From positions 11,320 to 75,319 of the forward strand of contig JBCDLT010000007.1 in NCBI GenBank assembly GCA_038745065.1: a DNA stretch of 64,000 nt, given 5' to 3'. Made by a program: the position numbers and the translations under genes. Under the pieces are notes generated by a model. It was given only the letters and a program-made list of their open reading frames with translations, was not told the origin of the DNA and made no database searches. This document shows positions 8,102 to 20,237 of the stretch, piece after piece; the first letter of the stretch is position 1; the number at the start of each line of letters is the position of its first letter. Source of the stretch: Pseudomonadota bacterium. Its GTDB lineage: Bacteria; Pseudomonadota; Alphaproteobacteria; Rhizobiales; JANQQB01.

Positions 8102-9199
8102 CTACCCTTCCGAGCGCACCGACAGATAGGTTCCGCTCGACACTGCGCCCCAGGTCGACAGGCGCGCACGCGCCGCGCGGTAGGACGCAACGATTTCGCC
8201 GCTGATCGCATCCTTGGCCGCCAGGTCGTCGAGCACCTCCTCCGATGCCGTCCGGGCGGCGGCAAGCACGGCATCGGGAAAGCGTTTCACATCGACATCG
8301 TGCTCACCGCTCAAGACGGTCAGGCGATGCGCGTTCTGCCATTCCGATTCGCCAAGCGCCAGAATGTTCTCAGCCGCGCAGGCATGGCGCACGATCGCTT
8401 GCAGATCCTCCGGCAGAGCATCGAGGGCGGCCTGCGAGACCAGCGCTTCGCCGGTGCCGTTCGGTTCATGGAAACCGGGGTAATAATAGTGCTTGGCCGC
8501 CTTGTAGAAGCCCATGGCAAAGTCGCTCCATGGCCCCAAAAACTCCGCCGCGTCGACCACACCGGTCTGCAGGGCGGTCAGGATTTCCGCCGGCGGTAGC
8601 GAGACCGGCGTCGCGCCGAGCTTGCGCGCCACTTCGCCGCCGAGCCCCGGCATGCGGATCTTCAGGCCCTTGAAATCTTCAGGTCCGGTAATTTCGGAAC
8701 GGAACCAGCCGCCCATCTGAAAGCCGGTATTGCCGCCCATGAAGGGTTTGATGCCGAACGGTGCGTAGAGCCGGTCCCACAGGTCCTGGCCGCCGCCGTG
8801 GTCGATCCAGGTGATGTGTTCGAGCGGCGTGAGACCGAACGGCGCTGCCGTAAACAGGGCCGCAGCCGGCAATTTGCCCTGCCAGAAAAAGGAGGCGGTA
8901 TGGCCCATCTCCGCGGTCCCGGCCTCAACGGCGCCGAAGACCTCGAACGGCGAAACGAGCTCTCGGGCCGCATAAAGCCGCACCGTCAGCCGGCCGCCGC
9001 TCATCGCCTCGATCCGCTCGCAGATCCGCTGCGCAGTGATGCCGGGTCCGGGCAGGTTCTTCGGCCAGGACGTCACCATCTTCCACTGAATGGCATCGGC
9101 GGCGCGGACATTCGATGCGAGCGGCACCAGGGCCGCCCCCGCAAGCCCTCCGGCAAAGACCGTGCGACGGGAAAGGTCGGACCTGCGCGTGCGTGCCAT
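8102..9199 (-). CDS. DctP-type TRAP transporter substrate-binding protein (orphan; Tat-type signal)
   Basis: The N-terminus SRRTVFAGGLAGAALVPLASNVRA is twin-arginine-like. The body (WKMVTSWPKNLPGPG, FQMGGWFR, KIRMPGLGG, DAAEFLGPWSD) matches the TRAP periplasmic component family. It starts 4 nt after the thiD stop. No DctQ or DctM gene is adjacent. Confidence 0.85.
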   Translation of the reverse strand: MARTRRSDLSRRTVFAGGLAGAALVPLASNVRAADAIQWKMVTSWPKNLPGPGITAQRICERIEAMSGGRLTVRLYAARELVSPFEVFGAVEAGTAEMGHTASFFWQGKLPAAALFTAAPFGLTPLEHITWIDHGGGQDLWDRLYAPFGIKPFMGGNTGFQMGGWFRSEITGPEDFKGLKIRMPGLGGEVARKLGATPVSLPPAEILTALQTGVVDAAEFLGPWSDFAMGFYKAAKHYYYPGFHEPNGTGEALVSQAALDALPEDLQAIVRHACAAENILALGESEWQNAHRLTVLSGEHDVDVKRFPDAVLAAARTASEEVLDDLAAKDAISGEIVASYRAARARLSTWGAVSSGTYLSVRSEG

Positions 9200-9203
9200 G
9201 GCT

Positions 9204-10010
9204 CTATCCTTTTTGCCAGAGTGCGTGAAAGTGATGCACGGGACCGTGCCCGTGCCCGATCTTGAGGCTGTCCGCCGCCCGGATGGCGCCGGTGACGTAG
9301 TCCTTGGCCGCCGCGACCGCGTCGTCGAGCGTGGCGCCGCGCGCGAGACCGGCGGCGATTGCCGACGACAGGGTGCATCCCGTCCCGTGCGTATTCAGCG
9401 TGTCGTGTCGCGGTGCCGCGAACCACGTGACGCCGGCATCGCTGACCAACACGTCGCGCGCCTGGTCGCCGTCGCCGTGACCGCCCTTCAGGAGCACGGC
9501 CGGCGCCCCGAGATCGCGCAGCCGCTCAGCCTGGTCCTGCATAGCCTCGGACGTGTCGGCGACCGGGCGTTCAAGGAGTCGCGCCGCCTCGTGCAGGTTC
9601 GGCGTGATCAGTGAGACAGTTGCAAACAGCGCCGACTTGATTACCGAAACCGCCTCGTCCGCGATCAGCGGATCGCCACTCGCTGCCACCATGACCGGGT
9701 CGAGCACGACATGGCGCGGCCTGTAGCGGGCAAGGCCCGCAGCAACCGTTTCGATGACGGCGGGTTGCGACAGCATGCCGATCTTCACCGCGTCGACAGC
9801 AAGGTCACTGAAGACGGCGTCGATCTGGGCCTCGACGAAATCAGTCGGCACGTCGTGGATCGCGGTCACGCCCTTCGTGTTCTGGGCGGTGAGCGCCGTC
9901 AGTACACTCGCCCCATAAACGCCGAGCGCGGAAAACGTCTTCAGGTCGGCCTGGATACCGGCGCCGCCGCCGGAATCCGAACCGGCCAGGGTCACGGCGA
10001 TCGCAGTCAT
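9204..10010 (-). CDS. thiD: Hydroxymethylpyrimidine/phosphomethylpyrimidine kinase
   Basis: [31 protein letters not shown] and [15 protein letters not shown] are canonical ThiD motifs. It overlaps thiE by ATGA. Confidence 0.95.
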   Translation of the reverse strand: MTAIAVTLAGSDSGGGAGIQADLKTFSALGVYGASVLTALTAQNTKGVTAIHDVPTDFVEAQIDAVFSDLAVDAVKIGMLSQPAVIETVAAGLARYRPRHVVLDPVMVAASGDPLIADEAVSVIKSALFATVSLITPNLHEAARLLERPVADTSEAMQDQAERLRDLGAPAVLLKGGHGDGDQARDVLVSDAGVTWFAAPRHDTLNTHGTGCTLSSAIAAGLARGATLDDAVAAAKDYVTGAIRAADSLKIGHGHGPVHHFHALWQKG

Positions 10011-10687
10011 GCGCCTACCTCGTCAGTGTCGACACCGTTCCGGCGGCCGCTTGCAACGGCCGTGGCGAGATCGCGCGCGGCGGCCGCTATATCGTCGGCG
10101 GCAAACAGCGCCGAGATCACCGCGACACCGTCCGCACCGGCCGCCATGACCGAACCCGCATTGCCCGCATTGATGCCGGCAATTGCGCCGATCGGAAACC
10201 GGGCACCCCGCGCCCTCAGGCGCTCGGCCATCGCTTGCAGACCGTCAAGGCCGACCGGCGGGCTCGGGTTGTCCTTGCTCGACGTGACAAACACGCCGCC
10301 AATGCAGGCATAATCGATCAGGTCGAGCGGTGCCCGGTCGACGTCTTCCGCCGTCTTGATCGTGAGGCCTATAGTGGCGGAGGGTCCCAGGAGGTTTCGT
10401 GCATCCTGCGGCGTCATATCGGTCTGACCGATATGCACCCCATCCGCGCCCGCGGCCATAGCCACGTCGACCCGGTCATTGATCAGAAGCGGTACCGGGC
10501 TGTCCGAGAGCACCTGCTTCAGCCTGCGGGCCGCGGCGATCATTTCCGCGGTTCCGCCTGTCTTGTCCCGATATTGCAGGAGCGTCAGGCCATCGCCGAG
10601 CGCAGCTTTGACACGATCGGGCATGTCGTCGCGGCCGGTCACGGCCGGATCGATGATGCCGTAGACGGACAGGTCGACGGGATTCAT
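10007..10687 (-). CDS. thiE: Thiamine-phosphate synthase
   Basis: The start is taken at [14 protein letters not shown] (ATG 10687, overlapping the thiM stop by ATGA). [25 protein letters not shown] and AIGGI-like motifs are present. Confidence 0.93.
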   Translation of the reverse strand: MNPVDLSVYGIIDPAVTGRDDMPDRVKAALGDGLTLLQYRDKTGGTAEMIAAARRLKQVLSDSPVPLLINDRVDVAMAAGADGVHIGQTDMTPQDARNLLGPSATIGLTIKTAEDVDRAPLDLIDYACIGGVFVTSSKDNPSPPVGLDGLQAMAERLRARGARFPIGAIAGINAGNAGSVMAAGADGVAVISALFAADDIAAAARDLATAVASGRRNGVDTDEVGA

Positions 10688-11433
10688 GACACCTCCTTGA
10701 GATGGCTGAGATCGGCGGGGCGGGCGGCGTAAAACGCATCGAGCAGGGCCGGCTCGAACGTACCGGGCCCCGATGCCTGCCGCGCCGCGCGTTCGCCGCA
10801 CAGACCGAACAGGACCAGACCGGCAAGCGCGGCATGGAAGGCGGACCCCGAGCGCGCCGCAAGCGCTGCCATGAGGGCGGATTGCACACAGCCTATTCCG
10901 GTGACACGCGCCATCAGGGCATGGCCTCCGTCATGGTCAATGCGGCGGCCGGCGCCGACAATCCTGTCGGTTTCACCGGTCACAACCTGAACGACCGGAC
11001 CGGCATCGGCATCCGCCTCCGGACCGCCCAGCGCCGACCACTCGGCCGCATTCGCGCGAATGATGTCGGCTTTGCGGGCTGCCAGATCCCGCGCAAACCG
11101 GGCCCGGCCGGGCGACCGGTCGACGAAGACCGGATCGAGCACGACCGGGATCCCCGCCTCCCGGGCCGCCGAAAACGCAAGCGGAATCGCTTTCATGCGC
11201 TCCGCATCGACCGTTCCAAGATTGATCAGAAGCGCATCCGCACTGCGGACAAAATCCGCGATCTCTTCCGGATTGATGGTCATGGAAGGGATTGCGCCAA
11301 CGGCAAGAAGCGCGTTGGCCGTGAATGTCTGAACGACGGAATTGGTGATGCAATGCACGCGCGGCGCGGCTTCGTGCACACCGGCAAGTACTGCCGCGCA
11401 TTGGATCAGGTCTTCGCGTGTCGGGGCGCTCAC
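10684..11433 (-). CDS. thiM: Hydroxyethylthiazole kinase
   Basis: VHCITNSVVQTFTANALLAVGAIPSM, LINLGT and VLDPV are ThiM motifs. I chose the GTG at 11433 (GGGAGA 8 nt upstream), because the ORF-track start at 11541 runs into the riboswitch. Confidence 0.9.
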   Translation of the reverse strand: MSAPTREDLIQCAAVLAGVHEAAPRVHCITNSVVQTFTANALLAVGAIPSMTINPEEIADFVRSADALLINLGTVDAERMKAIPLAFSAAREAGIPVVLDPVFVDRSPGRARFARDLAARKADIIRANAAEWSALGGPEADADAGPVVQVVTGETDRIVGAGRRIDHDGGHALMARVTGIGCVQSALMAALAARSGSAFHAALAGLVLFGLCGERAARQASGPGTFEPALLDAFYAARPADLSHLKEVS

Positions 11434-11542
11434 AAGGCATCTCCCAGGCGCCGGTCGGCGGTCGGCGTCACGCAAATAGAGGCCCTGGAAAAGGCTGCAC
11501 TCACTGATAAGGGGAAAGACGTTGATCCGTGCAAATCCCAAA

Positions 11543-11635
11543 TCCCTCCGCCGGCATGACCCGGATCAGGTTCTGGGGTTGATCACGATGATCTCTCAGC
11601 CCTGGCTTCGGCAGAAACGTCGGGCACCCCCTTGA
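11543..11635 (-). promoter_or_regulatory. TPP (THI-box) riboswitch
   Basis: The minus strand reads GGGGUGCCCG...GCUGAGAGAUCAUCGUGAUCAACCCCAGAACCUGAUCCGGGUCAUGCCGGCGGAGGGA. It therefore contains the conserved CUGAGA, ACCUGAUC.GG.UCAUGCC.GCG and GGGA elements. It sits about 110 nt upstream of thiM. Confidence 0.9.
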
Positions 11636-11719
11636 GACAGCGAATTTCGTAGAACCAAACCGGATGGATTTCAAGGAATTTCGACCGGCGACGGCTATCG
11701 ATCTTTCGCACGGGGCATT

Positions 11720-11752
11720 GCCCCTGACCGGCCGTCCGAGCCGGTCAGGGGC
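11720..11752 (-). terminator. Strong hairpin downstream of the DMT gene (terminator-like, no clear U-tract)
   Basis: A perfect 13-bp stem, gcccctgaccggc / gccggtcaggggc, with a 7-nt loop. It lies 16 nt after the stop at 11768. Confidence 0.45.
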
Positions 11753-11767
11753 GCCACGATTGTGGAA

Positions 11768-12730
11768 TCAGGCCTTGGACGGTGTCGATGCGCGACGCGC
11801 CTTGGTGCGGTCAATGCCGAGACGCTGTTCGCGGTAGATCACAAACAGACCGGCGCCGATGACGATCAGCGAACCCACGATCACTTCAAGCGTCGGGATT
11901 TCTGAAAAGATCAGCACACCGAACAACAGGACCCAGACCATGGTCGTGTAGTCGAACGGCGCGATCGTCGAGGCTTCCGCATAGCGGTAGGCCTGTGTCA
12001 GGAGGATCTGGCCCAATCCGCCGCACAGCCCGATGGAGACGAGCATCAGCGCACCGATCGCATCCGGCATGACCCAGCCGCCGAGCGGCAGGGTGAACAG
12101 CGACAGGACGGTCGAGATCAGGCTGAAATAGACGACGATGGTGGTCGTGCGTTCGGTTTCGGTAAGCTTGCGGATGGAGATCATCGCCAGCGCCATCAGC
12201 ACCGCGCTGAGGAGACACGCCATTGCGCCCCAGGCCATCGGCCCGTCCAGATCACTGGTTCCGAGATGCGGCGACAGCACGAGCAGGATCCCGAAAAAGC
12301 CGATGCCGACGGCCGACCACCGATACGCCCGGACGGTTTCGCCAAGCACGATTGCCGCGAGTGCGACCGTGATCAACGGTGCCGCATAGGAGATCGCGGT
12401 TGCGTCATGCAGCGGGAGCAGGCTGAGGGACGAAAACCACAAAAACATGGACGCCACGCCCAGAACGCCGCGCCCCAGGTGCCCGAGCGGCTGTTTCGTG
12501 GTGAAGGCCAGCCCCCATTCCCGGCGCAAGGCCACCATGGCAAAGACCGGAATCAGGGCAAAGAAGTTCCGCGCGAAAAGGATCTCACCGACCGGATACC
12601 GGTCGCTCAGAACCTTCACGAGCGTCACCATGACCGTAAAGACGAAGGCGGATGCGATTTTAAAGACAATGCCCTTGACGGGCGGCGAAAACTCAAACGG
12701 ACGCGCAAATCCTTGCGCCGACAAAGCCAT
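11768..12730 (-). CDS. DMT superfamily (EamA-like) transporter
   Basis: 320 aa with about 10 TM helices in two EamA-like halves. Typical stretches include ATAISYAAPLITVALAAIVLGE. Confidence 0.85.
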   Translation of the reverse strand: MALSAQGFARPFEFSPPVKGIVFKIASAFVFTVMVTLVKVLSDRYPVGEILFARNFFALIPVFAMVALRREWGLAFTTKQPLGHLGRGVLGVASMFLWFSSLSLLPLHDATAISYAAPLITVALAAIVLGETVRAYRWSAVGIGFFGILLVLSPHLGTSDLDGPMAWGAMACLLSAVLMALAMISIRKLTETERTTTIVVYFSLISTVLSLFTLPLGGWVMPDAIGALMLVSIGLCGGLGQILLTQAYRYAEASTIAPFDYTTMVWVLLFGVLIFSEIPTLEVIVGSLIVIGAGLFVIYREQRLGIDRTKARRASTPSKA

Positions 12731-12885
12731 TGGAAAACTGCCATTTCATGATTGGAGACGAAGATGTCGTCATCAAGGATGGGTTTTTCCCCTGCCCCCT
12801 ACAAGGCACAAGAATGCACTGCAGCCCCGCGTGGGACGCAGGTCGCCTTACCGGAAAGTAAACGCGGTCGCGCAGCCGGGTGAGA

Positions 12886-13473
12886 TCACGCTCCGGCCGT
12901 CATCGTGCATTCGCTCAAAGTGAGCGAGACCAGGTGTTCAACGAAGGCGTCCTTACGCTCGGCCGGCACGAGTTCCATCCCGAACATCTCGCTCATCCAC
13001 AAGCCCTCCATGGCGGCGCGCACGGTATAGACCACGAAAGGGTCGAGGCCGTCGGCGTGCATGGCGGAAAACAATTCCCGTTGCTTGATGCGGATCGATT
13101 CCACCAGTTCCGGCTTGTAGGCAACCGTTGACAGGAGCACACGGCCGATTTTCGGAAAGTCGGTCGCCGCCTCGTCGGCAACGGAGGCCCGGATGAAGGC
13201 GCGGGTCCAGGCACCGGGAGTCTCGTCGTCCCCCAATTCCTGTTCCAGCCTGTCCATGAAGGCCTGGTACATGCGCTCCGCGACGCCCGCGACAAGATTT
13301 TCCAGGCTTGGATAGAGGCGCCGCAGGTCGCCTTCATCGATCTCGGCCGCGGCTGCAATGTCGCCGAACGACAATTCGCCCACATCCTGCTCCTGAACGA
13401 GCAGCGCGGTCGCATCGAGAATGATCTCGCGGACAGCCGCGTCACGGCCCTCATTCGAAAATGCCTTGTTCAT
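12886..13473 (-). CDS. TetR family transcriptional regulator
   Basis: The start is taken at ATG 13473 (MNKAFSNEG...); the longer track ORF would overlap the upstream gene's end. The N-terminal HTH region is REIILDATALLVQEQDVGELSFGDIAAAAEIDEGDLRRLYPS. Confidence 0.75.
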   Translation of the reverse strand: MNKAFSNEGRDAAVREIILDATALLVQEQDVGELSFGDIAAAAEIDEGDLRRLYPSLENLVAGVAERMYQAFMDRLEQELGDDETPGAWTRAFIRASVADEAATDFPKIGRVLLSTVAYKPELVESIRIKQRELFSAMHADGLDPFVVYTVRAAMEGLWMSEMFGMELVPAERKDAFVEHLVSLTLSECTMTAGA

Positions 13474-13570
13474 GCCATTTCCCGATGCTCTTGCTTTCGC
13501 CTCGTCGGCCCCTGCCGGGGGCCGGATCGTGTGGTCTGTATTGCCGAAAGCGCGCGGTCGGACGGGACCG

Positions 13571-15883
<2,313 letters not shown>

Positions 15884-16002
15884 GGAATGGCCTCGCTGAA
15901 TGTACGGGATCGGAGCCGGACTTTGACTCTTCGGGGGGACCCTATAACACTACGTAAGAATGACGCTGCAAGATTTCGTCAGTGGACCGTCGGCGTAACG
16001 CG

Positions 16003-16063
16003 AGGACCTAGGAGCAGAAATGTAGGCTCGTTTGATGGGCAAGCATTTTTGCTCCGAGGTCCT
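16003..16063. repeat. 20-nt imperfect inverted repeat (18/20) with a 21-nt spacer in a divergent intergenic region
   Basis: aggacctaggagcagaaatg (16003-16022) pairs with catttttgctccgaggtcct (16044-16063). It lies between the molybdo-hydroxylase start (15883) and the DMT start (16141). Confidence 0.6.
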
Positions 16064-16140
16064 AGTCGCCGAGACACGCGTGATCCTGACGCCCTGTCGC
16101 CGGGAGCGGCGAGCATATTGTAGAACCGTTCCAAGCTCAA

Positions 16141-17118
16141 TTGCCGGCCCCGCCTGCGCGAAACAGGAAATGTGATTTGCTCGATCGACCGATCTCCCGC
16201 AGCCGGGCCTACTGGGAGCGATTGCCGTCAAATGCCAAGGGCATCGCCTGGATCAGTGTCGCCGCCGTGCTGTTTGCCGGGATGACGGCCATGATCAAAG
16301 CGGCCGGCGAGACGATCCATGTCACTGAAATCCTTTTGTTTCGCCAGATCGTGATGGTTTTGATCGTCGCCCCGACCATCCTTGCGGATTTTCCCGCGTC
16401 GATGAAGAGCGCACGGCTCGATCTGCACATCTGGCGTATCATGCTCGCCGCCACCGCCATGTTGTGCGGGTTCACCGCGATCATCCACCTGCCGCTGGCC
16501 GAAGCTACGGCGATCGGCTTCTCGAAGACGTTTTTTCTGACGATCTTTGCGATCCTGATTCTGAAGGAGACGGTCGGCGCCCGCCGCTGGTCGGCCACCA
16601 TTGTCGGCTTCGTCGGCGTGATCGTGATCCTGCGGCCGACCGGTGTCGACGCGTTCACCTATTACGGTCTTCTGGCCATTGCCGGGGCGGCCTGTGCCGG
16701 CATGGTGATGATCCTGATCCGCCTGCTGGCTCGGCATGACCGACCGGTCACGATCCTGACCTACCAGGCCCTGTTCGTCGGTCTGATCATGCTGCCTCCG
16801 GCGATTTACTTCTGGAAGACGCCCACGTTCGACGAATTCCTGCTTCTGGTCGCCATCGGGATCATCTCGTGGGCCGCGCAGATGTGCAACATCCAGGCCT
16901 TCAAGGTCGGCGAGGCGACCGCCATCGCCTCGGTCGACTACACCCGCCTGCTCTACGCCACGGTGATCGGCTTTGTGTTCTTCGCCGAACTGCCGGATGC
17001 GATGACCTGGATCGGCGCGGCCATCATCATCGGCGCATCGATCTACACTGCGCGCCGGGAGGCGGTGCGGGGTCGCCAGGTCGTGCGCGCGCCGAACGAC
17101 AAGGGTCTGGCCGGATAA
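16141..17118 (+). CDS. DMT superfamily (EamA-like) transporter
   Basis: 10 TM helices in two EamA halves. The TTG start from the track is uncertain, and the first roughly 25 aa are non-hydrophobic. Confidence 0.8.
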   Translation: MPAPPARNRKCDLLDRPISRSRAYWERLPSNAKGIAWISVAAVLFAGMTAMIKAAGETIHVTEILLFRQIVMVLIVAPTILADFPASMKSARLDLHIWRIMLAATAMLCGFTAIIHLPLAEATAIGFSKTFFLTIFAILILKETVGARRWSATIVGFVGVIVILRPTGVDAFTYYGLLAIAGAACAGMVMILIRLLARHDRPVTILTYQALFVGLIMLPPAIYFWKTPTFDEFLLLVAIGIISWAAQMCNIQAFKVGEATAIASVDYTRLLYATVIGFVFFAELPDAMTWIGAAIIIGASIYTARREAVRGRQVVRAPNDKGLAG

Positions 17119-17142
17119 CCCGGCACGGGTTGTCGGCCGTTC

Positions 17143-18927
17143 TCAGACGGGCGATGCCGTGATGAACACGGCGCCGAGCCCGGCCAGGATATAGATGCCC
17201 CGCCGCCACAGCGCGGCCGTGCCGATCAGGCCGAAACTGATCAGGACAAGCCCAATCCCGACCTTGGCGAACGAAAAGAAGGAAAGCGCAAAATCGTTGG
17301 CCGGCGCGATCAAGGCCGGGTTTGCGATCATGCCGAGCGGGATGATGTAGAGACCGACGCCGAGTGCCATGGCCGTCAAAGCAACTTTCAGCCAGTTTTC
17401 TCCGACCATGCCGGCCGCAATGAAAACCGCCCCGCAGACCGGTGGTGTGATCGTCGACAGGAGCGCAAACCAGAAGACGAACAGGTGGGCCATCAACGGC
17501 TCCACGCCAAGGTTCTGCAAAGCCGGCCCGGCCACCGAAACGCAGATCACGTAGGCCGCCGTCGTCGGCACCTCCATGCCGAGAATGAGACAGGCAAGCC
17601 CCGTCAGAAGCAGGGCCGGCCACAATTGGTCGCCCGACACCGACAGGATCAGCGATGTGATCTTGACGCCGAGCCCCGTCGTCCCGAGCACGCCGACGAT
17701 CAGCGAGGCACACAGGATGATCGAGGCAATGGTCGCCGTCTGCTTGCCGGCCGTCAGGCAGACGGTTTCCAGCCGGTCGAGCGTGCGCGGCCACGACAGG
17801 CTGAGCGACCGGTCGAAGAACAGCATCAGGAAAGCCGCCAGGATCGCCACGCAGGCGGCATATTGCGGGGTGAAGCCGCCGACGAACATGCGTTCCATCA
17901 GGATGGCAAACGGCACCGCAAAAAACAGGGAGGTTATAAGCACGTCACGCCCGCGCGGCTGGTCTTCCGCTTTCAGGGGCAGCAATTCGTAGCGCGTGGC
18001 ATAGGCATTGATGCCGCACCATACGGCGGCGAAATAGAGCACGGCCGGCAAAAACGCGGCGGCCATGATGCCGGTATAGGGCACGCCCGTCAGTTCCACC
18101 ATGACGAAGGCGCCGGCTCCCATGAGCGGCGGCATGATCTGCCCGCCGGACGACGCCACGGCTTCGACCGCGCCGGACAGCGTTCTCGGATAGCCAAGTT
18201 TTGTCATGGCCGGCAATGTGATGGCGCCGGTGGATGCGACGTTGGCGGATGCGGAACCGGATATCGATCCGAACAAGGCGGACGAAAGCACGGAAACCTT
18301 GGCAGCGCCGCCTTTCAGCCTGCCCGCCGCGGCTGTCGCCAGGTTCATGAATCCCTGCCCGGCCTCGCCGGCATTGAGCACCGCGCCGAAGATGACAAAG
18401 ATCGAAATGATGCTGACGGAAACCCCTGTCAACTGGCCCCAAAGCCCGCCTTCGGAGATCGTCAGGGTTCCCAGGAAACTGTTCACCGGCAGGCCGGGAT
18501 GGCCGAACTCGCCGGGCAGATATTGTCCGAAAAGACCGTAACACAGTGCCAGCGCGGCAACGGCCGGAAGCGGCCAGCCGATCGCCCGGCGCGCCGTCTC
18601 CAGCACCACGCCGATAAGGACGATCGCGACGCCCATCTGCACCGGACCGGACAGGAAACCGTACTGGTCGGACAGCGACGCCTCATTCACGGCAATGTAG
18701 AAACACGCCGCGAGGCCGACCGCGCACAGGATTGCGCCGGTCACCCGCTGCACCGATGTCTGTGCGGCAAGCACGAGGATCCACGGCAGCGCAAACGCCA
18801 TGTGCAGCGGACGTGACAGCAGGTTGGGCACAAGGCCGACGAAGATCAGCGACAGGTGGAAGCCGATCAGGCAAGCGCCCAGACCGCTCCAGAACACGCG
18901 CCCGGAGAGGCTCATTGCTGACGCCAT
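17143..18927 (-). CDS. TRAP transporter fused permease (TAXI-associated, DctQ/DctM fusion type)
   Basis: A 594-aa polytopic membrane protein immediately downstream of a TAXI binding protein. Confidence 0.88.
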   Translation of the reverse strand: MASAMSLSGRVFWSGLGACLIGFHLSLIFVGLVPNLLSRPLHMAFALPWILVLAAQTSVQRVTGAILCAVGLAACFYIAVNEASLSDQYGFLSGPVQMGVAIVLIGVVLETARRAIGWPLPAVAALALCYGLFGQYLPGEFGHPGLPVNSFLGTLTISEGGLWGQLTGVSVSIISIFVIFGAVLNAGEAGQGFMNLATAAAGRLKGGAAKVSVLSSALFGSISGSASANVASTGAITLPAMTKLGYPRTLSGAVEAVASSGGQIMPPLMGAGAFVMVELTGVPYTGIMAAAFLPAVLYFAAVWCGINAYATRYELLPLKAEDQPRGRDVLITSLFFAVPFAILMERMFVGGFTPQYAACVAILAAFLMLFFDRSLSLSWPRTLDRLETVCLTAGKQTATIASIILCASLIVGVLGTTGLGVKITSLILSVSGDQLWPALLLTGLACLILGMEVPTTAAYVICVSVAGPALQNLGVEPLMAHLFVFWFALLSTITPPVCGAVFIAAGMVGENWLKVALTAMALGVGLYIIPLGMIANPALIAPANDFALSFFSFAKVGIGLVLISFGLIGTAALWRRGIYILAGLGAVFITASPV

Positions 18928-18942
18928 CGCTTCCTTCGCGGG

Positions 18943-19899
18943 TCAGCGGGCTCCTTCGGGAACCGGCATGCCGGCCTCGTCGTAATATCTGAGCGCGCCG
19001 GGATGGACCTTGCCTCGGATATTTTCAAGCATATCGGGGGAAACGCCGTTCCACCATGCCGCATCATCACCCATCCTGGTTTTCTGGGTCCAGTAGGTCT
19101 TCGTCAGTTGATAGGCCGTTTCGTCATCCATGCCTGTTGTCGTATAGGCCACGACCGGCAATGACGTGGTGGTCGTGTCGGTATCCACGCCGGCATAGGT
19201 GCCGGCCGGGATGACAAGCTTGGTCCGCTTGGTCTTTGCGATTTGCTCTTCGGACAGCGACAGCAGATGGATTCCGGTACCGGCAGCGGCCTCGATCACA
19301 TTCGGCGCCGGGTAGGATCCTGCCGTCACAAAGCCGTCGATCTGACGGTTTTTCAGCGCCGGAACCGCATTGCTGAGTTCGACATCCGCGAGCGTGACCT
19401 TGCCTTCCAGCCCAAAGAGCTTCAGGTATTTCTCGCCTTCCCGTGCGCCGAAGGACCCCTTCCCGATCAGCACGGTCTTGCCTTCCAGGTCCGCAAAACT
19501 CGCCACTTCCACATCGCTACGCACGACAAAATGCATGGTGAGAGAGGGAATAGGAAACAGCGCGCGTATCTCGTCGAACTTCGGATTGCCCTTGTCCTCG
19601 AACATGGCCTTCGCATTTTGCGCGAGACTGACCAGCACGGGCGGCGTGGTGAAAACGTAATTTCCGGTCCGGACGGCCGCTTCCATCACGTTTTGGACGG
19701 ATCCCTGGCTTTCCTCCACCGTCACGATGATATCGCCGTCCGATCCGGCTTTCATCGCCTCGGAGATCTGCACGGCCATCTGGTAGTAGGAGGATGCCGA
19801 TTTTGCGGACTTGTAGGTCACGCGGGTTTCGGCTTGTACGGCGGATGACGTGAAGGCCATGACCCCGGCCAGCAGCGCCGCTATTCCCGTCGCTTTCAT
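18943..19899 (-). CDS. TAXI family TRAP transporter solute-binding subunit
   Basis: It has a signal peptide, followed by YKSAKSASSYYQMAVQISEAM..., ESQGSVQNV and a body of about 300 aa typical of TAXI ('immunogenic protein') receptors. Confidence 0.88.
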   Translation of the reverse strand: MKATGIAALLAGVMAFTSSAVQAETRVTYKSAKSASSYYQMAVQISEAMKAGSDGDIIVTVEESQGSVQNVMEAAVRTGNYVFTTPPVLVSLAQNAKAMFEDKGNPKFDEIRALFPIPSLTMHFVVRSDVEVASFADLEGKTVLIGKGSFGAREGEKYLKLFGLEGKVTLADVELSNAVPALKNRQIDGFVTAGSYPAPNVIEAAAGTGIHLLSLSEEQIAKTKRTKLVIPAGTYAGVDTDTTTTSLPVVAYTTTGMDDETAYQLTKTYWTQKTRMGDDAAWWNGVSPDMLENIRGKVHPGALRYYDEAGMPVPEGAR

Positions 19900-20237
19900 T
19901 GTTTTCTCCCAGACATCGACAGACGCGACGCGAGATTAGAGACTTTTGCACAGCGACGGAAGCCGCAATGTGGCGAAGGTCGGACACAATAATGTCGTTA
20001 GGGTTGAGAATTTGACCAACAAATGGCCGTAAGGTTGTAGGCCCGCAAATCTGGCGGTCCGGCGCTCCGGCCGGCGACGCTCCAATCCGACCGAAGGGGC
20101 GGCCGGTTTCACGGCCAGCTGCGGGCGCTACAGCCCCAAATCAAAACAGGCACGGTCGTTCGGGACGAACGTTCGACCCCACGCATTTGCCGGCAAGGGC
20201 GGCTCGCATGGAGCGCACCCGAAGGTGGGAAAGACGG

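Noticed and set aside
7948-8274. N-terminal 109-aa extension of the crystallin-like ORF, and similar extensions on thiM, thiE, TetR, fhs, DMGDH, EF-G, aminotransferase, LysR and AraC (28016-29413)
   Set aside because: The extensions overlap neighbouring genes or the riboswitch and have non-protein-like composition. Internal starts with Shine-Dalgarno sequences give normal-length family members.
17485-18816. 443-aa plus-strand ORF
   Set aside because: It is antisense to the TRAP fused permease and has an Arg/Gly/His-rich nonsense composition.
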